64,000 nt of DNA, from NCBI GenBank assembly GCA_964016885.1, contig OZ024760.1:2170001-2234000 (forward strand). The letters run 5' to 3'. The stretch comes from Eledone cirrhosa (lineage: Eukaryota). The notes beneath the pieces are model-generated. The model worked only from the letters and a program-made list of their open reading frames with translations. It ran no database searches and was not told where the DNA came from. The translations under genes and the position numbers were made by a program. Positions 53,755 to 64,000 of this stretch are shown here, piece by piece; within the stretch, counting starts at the first letter, position 1; every line of letters starts with the position of its first letter.

Positions 53755-54265
53755 TTGAGTAAAACACTTCATTTCATGTTGCTACAGGATACTAAGCTGA
53801 ACTGGCATCCTGTTCAGAGGAGGGGGAGTCTTGTACTGGGATAAGCAGTGGCCTGACTTGGTATCTAATAATGGCCCAACCAACTAGGAAGGAAACAAAC
53901 GTTAAATGATGATGATGATGATGATCATCATCATGATGATCATGATTTGGCTGTGATAAATTCCTTAAAAAAAAACAGTCAACTTTGCCAAAAATTGTAT
54001 TAAATATAAAAACATGCAGTCATGAGAAACCACATATAAACGAAATACCCCCCCCCCCTCCAAAACAATCCAGCCCAAACCGTACCAAAGATAAATATAT
54101 ATTAAGTATTGCAGCATGCAGCAGTGGTAAGAAAGCACATATATATATGACATAAAGTACTCAATAGTGCATGTGTCGGTGTAGAAGAACAATTAATTGA
54201 TATATATATAAATAATGAAAGCGAACGGTCATAAATATTAGTCACTTTGGAAAAAAAAAAAATAC

Positions 54266-54350
54266 CTGTATTAGCAAAGACAGTGGCAACATCGAGTTTG
54301 AAACTCCCCAAAGGTTTGTTGGACCGGAGAAGTCTGCCAGCTTGACATAC
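54266..54350 (-). CDS. OTOF: Otoferlin-like ferlin, internal exon (C-terminal part of C2B): VCQAGRLLRSNKPLGSFKLDVATVFANT
   Basis: Flanked by tttctctcAG and GTattt; 85 nt, phase 0 to 1. Resembles otoferlin 'LLRSGTLVGSFKMDVGTVY' and joins the next exon in frame (G+AT=Asp). Confidence 0.9.
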
Positions 54351-54607
54351 CTGAGAGAAAGACACACAGGTGGCGAGGTGAGATGAAAGGAAAGAAGAAG
54401 AGAGAAAAAGAGGAAAGAAAGAAAAAAGCAGCAAGCATGTACAGTAAAGAATTGAAGTTAAGAATTACAAGGAGTGACAGCGGTGGGGCTGGGTGGGCGG
54501 GAGGGAGGTGTTGATTCATGTTTTTTTTTGTTGTTGTTTTTGTTGTGTTTTTTTTTTTATTATTTCACATGCAGCTGAAAGAGAGAGAGAGAAAGTAAAG
54601 GGAAGTA

Positions 54608-54836
54608 ATAATAATGGTTTCTTATATAGGCACAAGGCCAGCAATTTTGGGGGGAGGGAGGGGAAAGTCTATTAAATCAACCCCACTGCATGACTGGTAC
54701 TTTATTTTATCGACCCCATAAAGATGAAAGGCGAAGTTAACCTTGGTGGGATTTGAACTCAGATCATAAAGGGCCGTAACTCTATGCTGCAAAGCATGGC
54801 GTCCGACCCTCTACCGATACTGCCAATCCACTGCCC

Positions 54837-54840
<4 letters not shown>
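54608..54840 (-). mobile_element. SINE family 2 copy
   Basis: Reverse complement of the family 2 consensus. Confidence 0.85.
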
Positions 54841-54868
<28 letters not shown>

Positions 54869-55334
54869 TGTTAAAAATCAATAAAAATCGATAAAAATTT
54901 AATAAAAATCGATAAAAATGTACCAGTCTAGTACTGGGGTCGATTCTTCCACTCTCTGGAAGAAATCTGCTGTACTCAGACCTAGAAAGGAATGGGCCCC
55001 ACCAAGCTTAAAATGCCTACGAAATGCTGTATGTCAAAGCAGCACCCCTACTACTCTATCAGGAGTTACAAGACCATATATCCCTAGCAACAACAGCATT
55101 TGCACACTCCTGAACATCACCCTCCCTTCTGCTCTCCATACACGGAATAGTCCTACATACGATGGAAAGTATAGGTAACCAAGTGACACCATAAGAGCAC
55201 CTCAAGCTTATAGTTTGGACCAGAGCTCTAAAAAAGTAATAAAAATAATAAAATGAAATAAAATTCAAGAGAAGAAGAAACGAAAGAAGAAAGAATATCT
55301 ACTATTTCACACATTAAACTTTCAAAATATCTTC

Positions 55335-56442
55335 AACATATTTTCACAATAACAACAAGCATATTATCAACATATATTTTGAATAACAACCTGGATATTG
55401 TCAACATATATTCACAATAACAACCACCATATTGTAAACGTATTTTCACATTAATAATCAACATATTTTCACAGTAACACCCATCATATTGGCAACATAT
55501 TTTCACAGTAACAACCAGCATATTGTCAACATATTTTCACAGTAACGACCAGTATACTGTGAACATATTTTCACAGTAACGACCAATATACTGTCAACAT
55601 ATATTCACAGTAACAACCAGTATACTGTGAACATATATTCACAGTAACGACCAATATACTGTGAACATATATTCACAGTAACAACCAGTATACTGTCAAC
55701 ATATATTCACAGTAACAACCAATATACTGTGAACATATATTTACAGCAACAACCAATATACTGTGAACATATTCTCACAGTAACAACCAGTATACTGTGA
55801 ACATATTTTCACAGTAACAACCAGTATACTGTGAACATATATTCACAGTAACAACCAGTATACTGTGAACATATATTCACAGTAACGACCAATATACTGT
55901 GAACATATTTTCACAGTAACGACCAATATACTGTGAACATATATTCACAGTAACAACCAATATACTGTGAACATATTTTCACAGTAACAACCAGTATACT
56001 GTGAACATATATTCACAGTAACAACCAGTATACTGTGAACATATATTCACAGTAACGACCAATATACTGTCAACATATTTTCACAGTAACAACCAGTATA
56101 CTGTGAACATATTTTCACAGTAACGACCAATATACTGTCAACATATATTCACAGCAACAACCAATATACTGTGAACATATTTTCACAGTAACAACCGGTA
56201 TACTGTGAACATATATTCACAGTAACAACCAATATACTGTGAACATATATTCACAGTAACAACCAGTGTACTGTGAACATATATTCACAGTAACAACCAA
56301 TATACTGTGAACATATATTCACAGTAACAACCAATATACTGTGAACATATATTCACAGTAACAACCAATATACTGTGAACATATATTCACAGTAACAACC
56401 AATATACTGTGAACATATATTCACAGTAACAACCAGTATACT
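55335..56442. repeat. 34-bp minisatellite with an internal hairpin
   Basis: Unit acatatattcacagtaacaaccaatatactgtga. Confidence 0.95.
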
Positions 56443-56536
56443 TATAAAATAAACCACTAGTAATGCACTGGGGTTGATTTAATCGACTTTCCACTTCACC
56501 AAAATTGCTGACCTTGGGCCCAAATCAGAAATCATT

Positions 56537-56763
56537 AGAAGGCACTTGCCCTAACAATTAAGGTAACCGTGACTGTTTTTGTGGGCCTTCTGCACGAGCA
56601 ACCCTTGGAAGTCTCCCCCTATTGGGGAATTTTTCATTGTTTCTTTTTTGTTACATCCTCTGTTTTTGTTTTTTACATGCAGAAATGCCCATTTGTACTG
56701 TGCTGTTCTTAATGTTATATTTTGTGTCACCCTTTATGGTTAATAAAGAAAGCATTATTATTA

Positions 56764-56795
<32 letters not shown>
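56537..56795 (+). mobile_element. 3' UTR fragment of the same Tx1-like LINE family
   Basis: Shares ggcacttgccct, ggaagtctcccccctattggggaatt, gcagaaatgcccatttgtac and ggttaataaagaaa with 58720-58945. Confidence 0.85.
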
Positions 56796-56798
<3 letters not shown>

Positions 56799-57349
56799 TT
56801 ATTTCAGAGTTTTTGAAATAATAGATATTATATCAAAATAACAGACAATTTACAGTCTCCACAGAGAAAACTACAATATATATTGATAGTATTTTACTGA
56901 GAGAGGAAATTAATAACAGCAATTCTCAGTCAGATTCTTTTAGAATAAATTGACAATTTAGGCAACAATAAATGTGTAAAAATATACAAAATAAATATAG
57001 AAAATTGTTTAAAATAGAGATACAATTTTTTGGTTTTTTTGTCTTTGATATTTTCAAAAATCAAATTATGTATAAATTTGAAATTGAAATAAAAGAGAAA
57101 AACTTAATTTTTATTTCTTGTTAAATTTTTGTTATGTTGAATTTTAAACCTAGTGAGAAAAGTGAAATACTATTATATAATTTTGACAATATTTTATTTT
57201 CATTTTGAAAAATAGGATATTTAAGTTAATCTTTTTGTTATATTTTCACTTGATTTTTATTTGCTGTGAATGTATGTGGCCCAGTGGTTTGTTAAGAGCT
57301 TCTGTTAGTTTTGGGACTGGAGGGGCTGAAGTATATATACTGTATGTGT

Positions 57350-57391
<42 letters not shown>

Positions 57392-57623
57392 GCTAATGGT
57401 AATAATAATAATAATAATAGGCGGAGAACTGGCAGAGTCTTTTTGGCAGAATAGGTAGAGCATTGGACATTATGCTTAGCGGCATATAGTTATGTCCCTT
57501 TATGATCTGAGTTCAAATCCCGCTGAGTTTAACATCCTTATGGAGTCGATAAAATAAAGTTCCAGTCACGCACTGGAGTCAATTTAATTGACTTTCCCCT
57601 CCCCCAAAATTGCTGGCCTTGTG

Positions 57624-58990
57624 CCTATGCTATCCCTGAAAGGTCGAGCGGAGGTGGCGAATGCGTACATCGCATCCGTCATCTACTACCGCCTGACCGT
57701 CGTACCTTGTCCTAAGCCCCGCCTGACTGCGCTGGAGTGTTTGCTCTTTCGTTTCTTGTGGAAGGGACGCGCTCCGATGGTCAGGCGGTCCATCTGCTGT
57801 CAACACCCGCTACGTGGAGGGCTGAGCATGCCGTGGCTGATGATGCGCAGACACGCGCTCAGGCTACGACATCTCCACCTCTTCCTCGACGGTGATCAGG
57901 TGTGGTCGCTGTTTGCGAGACGCGTTTTTCCCCAGCTCGTCTCCTTGACGGAGCTGCAGTCCTGGGTCAAGCGAAGACCGAGAGGGAGCGCTTGGAGACT
58001 GGAATGTCTTCAGGCGCTCACAGCCCTCGACCAATCGGGCAATGTGATCGGTGGAAACTCCACCTTGGCGTTCTATAGGGGATTAGTGGAGGGGAAGAGC
58101 GACGACGTACTTGGAGAAACTCTAGGCGTCGACGAAAATCAACTAGTCAATCTCTTCGGAAGGACTTTCGGGCCGGGGCCTATGGACAACTTCCAGAAAT
58201 CCCTGGCCTGGCAGTGCTACCGAGGAGCTTTGCCAGTTCGGGATAAACTCTACAGGCATGGAGGTGCCGTCAGCCGGGCATGTCCGAGATGCGCGCAGGG
58301 CGACGAAACCGTCCTGCACGCACTCGTCCAGTGTCCGAGCATTGCTGACTTGTGGGTTTATGTCGAACACCTGCTGTCACGTGTAGGACGGATCCAGCTA
58401 TCAGCTGAGTCCATCGTGAGGATTGCCCCGCCCCCTTCCTTTAGCCGGGAAGGGCAGGCAGTTTTTATCTGTCTGGTGGCCATGGCGAAAGAGATAGTAT
58501 GGTGGACACGTTTGAAAGGGCTGAAGACGAGCACTTACCTCTTCGGTGATGCCCTGATTAACTTTTTCAAATTTCATTTGAAAAGGAAAATCAGGGTAGA
58601 GAGGGAAGTGCTCTCTTCCCAGCATTTTATTGAAAGATGGGTGAGAGAAGCAAGTATGGCCCGAATGAATGGGCCTTCTCTGAGTATGTGTCTGTAAATT
58701 AAAGGTGGAAAACTGGGAGAGGGCACTTGCCCTGGTGGTCAGGGCCACTGTGGTCTTTTAATGGGCTTTCTCCACAAATGTCCCTCGGAAGTCTCCCCCC
58801 TATTGGGGAATTTTTCTTTGTTATTTTATTTCAACCTCCGTTTTTTTTACACGCAGAAATGCCCATTTGTACCGTCCTGTATTTGTCCTGTACTGTCCTT
58901 AATGTCTACTTTATGTAAACCCTTGTGGTTAATAAAGAAAACATTATTATTTTTATTATCATTATTATTATTATTATTATCATTATTAGC
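57624..58990 (+). mobile_element. 5'-truncated Tx1/L1-clade LINE (ORF2 C-terminus, 3' UTR, (ATT)n tail)
   Basis: LSLKGR, FRFLWKG, GGL..P and the zinc knuckle CPRC..ETVLHALVQC. GC-rich and open to the stop at 58697, followed by AATAAA and an ATT tail. Confidence 0.9.
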
Positions 58991-59514
58991 TAATGGTAAT
59001 AATAATAATAGGCAGAGTCTTTAGAGCGTTGGATAAAATGCTTTACAGTCTTTGGTCCGGCTCTCTGAGTTCAAATCCCGCAGAGGTCAACTTTGCCTAT
59101 TATCCTTTTGCAGCCTATAAAAAAAGTACCAGTCTAGTACTGGGGTCGATTCTTCCTTCTATACCTCTTTCTCATTTCCTCTCTCTCACTTTCTATCTTT
59201 CTTTGGAAGAAATCTGCTGTACTCAGACCTGAAGAGGGATGGGCTCCACCAGGTTTAAAATGCCCAAGAAACACTATGTCAATACAGCAACCCTATGACA
59301 CCCCTATCAGGAGTTACGGGACCATATATACAATAGTGATAATACACAGGGCAGTCAATTAGCAGTATCAGTACAGTGTTGGGCAATATGCTTTGCAGCA
59401 TAGAGTTAATTTTTGCTGGACCAGCAATCGTTCTGTATAATCAGCTCCTAATTATTACTGGAATTCTATAAGAATCCAGCTTCTATAATTTTCGGCGGAG
59501 GCAGGGGAGTACGT

Positions 59515-59556
59515 GGCTCTGATGAACGCCAACCAGCGTGAAACAGACTGTCAGCT
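59515..59556 (+). ncRNA. Minimal type I hammerhead motif
   Basis: gct-CTGATGA-acgc caacca gcgt-GAAA-CAG a CTG-TC-agc. Confidence 0.85.
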
Positions 59557-59762
59557 TCTCTCCCTTCTTTTGCCGAAAAGAAGTGACATAGTCACTACTT
59601 TAAAACTGATAGCGTATGGTCTTCTAAATGTTTTTAATTAAACTTACGGTATATTGCCAAATATACTATACATACATCATTATATATATATATATATTTA
59701 TTTATTAAAATAACAGATTAAAGTTTAAGCAAAGTATCGCTGCTTTCACCCTTCGTCTTCAC

Positions 59763-59829
<67 letters not shown>

Positions 59830-59964
59830 TAATATAACAATGTATATGTGTGCATACACGCATGAATATATGTGTGAACTGTTACTCGTCATTGTATAGA
59901 TGGAACACTGTGTAAGATGTAAAGTTTGGTTTTAAAACTATTGCCTTTTTCTTTCATTTATTCT

Positions 59965-60009
<45 letters not shown>

Positions 60010-60177
60010 TAGATATATATTATAAAGAATGAGGAATCAGTATTGCATCAAATCACAATTTATTAACATATTACATATGTTTCTGCGTCGATCAGCTCGA
60101 ATCAGGATCTGTTACAGATCGAACCTGACTCTGCATTTGAATGGTCTTCAGATATGTCTTGTGTGTTCAAACATCTC

Positions 60178-60222
<45 letters not shown>

Positions 60223-60579
60223 TAGAGAGAGAGAGAGATGGATAGATAGAAAGAGAGAGAGAGACGGATAGCTAGATAGAGAGAGAAGGGAGAGAAGATA
60301 GATGGCTAGAGAGAGATAAATATATAGAGAGAATGAGAGATAGAGAAACTAAGATCAATATGGCTGATAAGAAAAAAATTACCTGAGATAAAAAGTTATA
60401 TAACCCAACCCATAAACCCCATAAAACAATATTGGAATGTTTTAGATGGATACAGATAGATAAAAACATACATACAGACACACACACACACACACACATA
60501 TATATACGCACACACAGACACATATATATATACACACACATAGGGACACATATATATATATATATATATGCATACATAG

Positions 60580-60614
<35 letters not shown>

Positions 60615-61165
60615 CATATATATATATGCACACACATATACACATACACACACACATATATATACATACACACCCACACACACATATATATATATATATA
60701 CATATATATATATGCACACACATATACACATACACACACACACATATATATATTTATATATGTATATACAAAACACGATCCATAAAACAGAATTTGGAAT
60801 GTTTAAAACAAAGAAGAGATAAATGCAACAATATTGCCAACAGAGCGATGTAAGTTCTCACTTACAAATGTAACCTCTCTAAAATTGGAAATGCAAAGTG
60901 GTACACTTAACACACAGCCAATCACATTACATCATTTTATTGTTGTACAGTAAATAGTAAGTTGAACAGCATGAGATTGGGAAGGGATAAACATGTAAGG
61001 GAAATCAGTATTTTGTACTGAAAATGAAGACAAACTACATATCCTGTAAAATGACTAGAAAGAAATGGTATTTAACATTTAACTCTTTGAAAACTTCTGA
61101 GTTTAATTAACCAACTCTTTTATGGTGTATTCTAGTTATATTCAAATTAGGGCCCACAAAATATA

Positions 61166-61200
<35 letters not shown>

Positions 61201-61204
<4 letters not shown>

Positions 61205-61385
61205 TTAATATAGATGAGATTCTACAGGACTAGAACTGTTTCATTCTTTAGAAATCATCAGGATTCTAAAGAATGAAACAGTTCTAGTCCTGTAGAATCT
61301 CATCTATATTAAAACTTTTATACTCTACTATGTATTGAGTACCTTACTTACTGTAGTTACCTCCTATTCAACCCGGAATAACGTA
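61201..61385. mobile_element. Penelope-like short element (family B) with a fold-back centred on the hammerhead core
   Basis: Palindrome at 61201-61316; the minus strand reads CTGATGA tttctaaagaat GAAACAG ttctagtc CTGTA gaa. Relatives at 7820-7990, 10372-10565 and 50548-50812. Confidence 0.7.
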
Positions 61386-61610
61386 TATATATATATATAT
61401 ATATACACATCTAACCCATGCTAGCGTGGAAGAACGGACGTAAAACGGTGATGATGATATATATATATATATGTATATATATGTATGTATAGTATATTTG
61501 GCAATATACCATATGTTCAATTAAGAACATTTAGAAGACCATACGCTACGCTATCAGTTTTAAAGTAGTGACTATGTCACTTACTTCTTTTCGGCGAAAG
61601 AAGGGAGAGT

Positions 61611-61652
61611 AGCTGACAGTCTGTTTCACGCTGGTTGGCATTCATCAGAGCC
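61611..61652 (-). ncRNA. Minimal type I hammerhead motif (same family as 59515)
   Basis: gct-CTGATGA-atgc caacca gcgt-GAAA-CAG a CTG-TC-agc on the minus strand. Confidence 0.82.
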
Positions 61653-61895
61653 ACGTACTCCCCTGTATTATAGAAGCTGGATTCTTATAGAATTATATAT
61701 ATATATATAGGAATGAGTAGGACCCCGACGGCTGAGCTCAAGCCGTTTCGACGGCTAATTCTGGACTAAATCCATCGAAACAGCTTGAGCTCAGCCGTCG
61801 GGGTCCTACTCGTTCCTATTACCCACTCTACTACCCTAAGTATTGAGTACTTTGGTGCATTATGGTCCACCTGGTTCCTTACCACATTTCCTCCG

Positions 61896-61947
<52 letters not shown>

Positions 61948-62055
61948 CAGTTTTCCAAGAGATGTCAACATGAATGGATCTGTTATTTTTCTCTAAAAAC
62001 ATTTTTTCCAATACTGCTCCGCCCGTCCCTTCAATCTATCTAATTTCTCATTCTT

Positions 62056-62091
62056 TCTTCTGATGAAGGACTAACATCTGAAACGTTAAGA
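62056..62091 (+). ncRNA. Minimal hammerhead motif
   Basis: tctt-CTGATGA-aggactaacatct-GAAA-CG-TT-aaga. Confidence 0.78.
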
Positions 62092-62379
62092 CCCTCTTCC
62101 TGCTATTTCAAGCGTTAACCTAATATATTCCTTCCATATACTGTACTAACTGTGTTGTTATTTCTGTTTACCTTTTTTATATATATATGTATGTAAAAGT
62201 AGTTTCAGAAGATCCTATTAAGGGTGAAAGCAGCGATTCTTTGATTAAATCTTAATCTGTTATTTTAATAAATATTTGCTCTATGTTTTTTTTAATATAT
62301 TTTTTTATATATATTATCCTTATCGAGCCCTCTTCGGATTTTAGTGTTCACATTTATTTTTATTACTATATATATATAT

Positions 62380-62755
62380 ATCATCATTTCATTTTACGTC
62401 CGCTTTTCCCCTGCTTGCAAGGGTGGGACGGGAACTGATTTTGGCTTGATTTCTACAGCTGGATGCCCTTCCTAACACCAACCTCATTTACAGTGAGTGC
62501 TGGGTGCTTTTTTGCCGTGGCGCCTACACGTCCATTTTACAGTGTGGGCTGGGTGCTTTTTTACCGTGGCACCTCCATGACCACTTTGCAGTGGAATGAT
62601 ACGGACCCTAGACCTATCATCTTATTTCTACAGCTGAGTAAACTGGAGCAATGTGAAATAAAGTGTCTTGCTCAAGGACACAACACATCACCCGGTCTGA
62701 GAATTGAACTCACAACCTTTCGATTGTAAGGCCTATGCTCTAACCACTAAGCCAC
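62380..62755 (-). mobile_element. SINE family 1 copy (longer variant retaining the LINE-like internal duplication)
   Basis: Family 1 sequence plus the gcgcctacacgtcca segment also seen in the LINE 3' UTR. Confidence 0.88.
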
Positions 62756-63554
62756 ATATATATATACATATATATATACATATATATATACATATATATA
62801 CTATATATATATAGTGTTGTAGAAAATAAGTTGCTTATACGTGGTTGTTATGTTGTAACTTCTTGAAGATAAACTGGTCCGAGCGATCCAAAAGTACTTC
62901 ACGTCAGTAGTTTATCCCTCCTAAGAGTTGGTGATTAGGAGTGACAGAGTATTCATATATGTATGTATATTATATAAAAACCACAGACCCTCCATCTCAA
63001 CTCTACTTTTGAAAAGCAGAAGAACTGCGAAACCGGTAAAGGAACCAAATAAATATATATATTTAAAAAAAAAAAATAAGACTCCAGTTGCATTTTAGAT
63101 TTTATCTTTTTTTCTTTATACTTTCACTCATGTAGGACACCTCGGTTATTTTTCATTTTGTAAAAAAACCTCACTTTCTTATACATATATATATATATAT
63201 AAAGTCTAAAGACTGTCTTAAGCCAGAAGGCTAGTTCTGGGTAATTGCTGGCCTTGTGCCAAAAAGTAGAAACAATTATATTTTTTATACAACTGTAAAT
63301 AAAACCATTACAATATTTTACACCTAAAATATATTTAAAGATCTCATCAGAAGATTAATAAGTTAATGTGAGAGAAAGGTCCATGGAGCAGAATATGTTA
63401 TTATTGTAACAACTACATCTCTATACTGATTGTAACACAAACAGAAGTATTTTTATATCAGCAGACACCCAAATTCCCGATACCTCTGTATAATAGTATG
63501 CTTAATAGATGACAAAGATAGTAACACATCTATATTATGTACATATATTATATA

Positions 63555-64000
63555 CATAGCAACAACTCTACACTACAGATGTAGCAACAGCTCTATACTA
63601 TAGACATAGCAACAGTTCTATACTACAGACATAGCAACAGTTCTATACTACAGACATAGCAACAGCTCTATACTATAGACATAGCAACAGCTCTATACTA
63701 TAGACATAACAACAGTTCTATACTACAGACATAGCAACAGCTCTATACTATAGACATAGCAACAGCTCTATACTACAGACATAGCAACAGCTCTATACTA
63801 CAGACATAGCAACAGCTTTATACTATAGACATAGCAACAGTTCTATACTACAGACATAACAATTGTTCTACACTACAGATATAGCAACAGCTCTATACTA
63901 TAGACATAGCAACAGTTCTATACTACAAACATAACAACCAACAGTTCTACACTACAGACATAGCAACAGCTCTATACTATAGACATAACAACAGCTCTAT
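63555..64000. repeat. 25-bp minisatellite running off the window end
   Basis: Unit acatagcaacagctctatactatag. Confidence 0.95.

Noticed and set aside
51558-53844. Long ORFs (711, 364 and 323 aa)
   Set aside because: They are translations of a stop-poor 24-bp minisatellite that is open in several frames.

Overview
AT-rich, repeat-dense animal genomic DNA; the SINE/LINE and microsatellite make-up suggests an octopus-like cephalopod, which is an inference. The window lies inside one minus-strand ferlin gene most like otoferlin. Eight internal coding exons (end of C2B, FerI linker, C2C and the following region) join in frame with canonical GT-AG sites, and both ends of the gene are outside the window. 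The introns hold RTE and Tx1/L1 LINEs, two tRNA-derived SINE families, mariner remnants, MITEs, a Helitron and many minisatellites. Four observations stand out. (1) About a dozen hammerhead-ribozyme motifs occur, mostly in short Penelope-like elements inserted in (TA)n, and many of these form fold-back palindromes whose axis often falls on the ribozyme core. (2) One extended-stem hammerhead lies in the gene's sense orientation in non-repetitive intron sequence. (3) Candidate frame-preserving 12-nt and 3-nt microexons are present. (4) A 121-bp array copies an exon's splice acceptor about 15 times, and four other minisatellites grew from transposon fragments. Most long ORFs in the supplied track are repeat artefacts.
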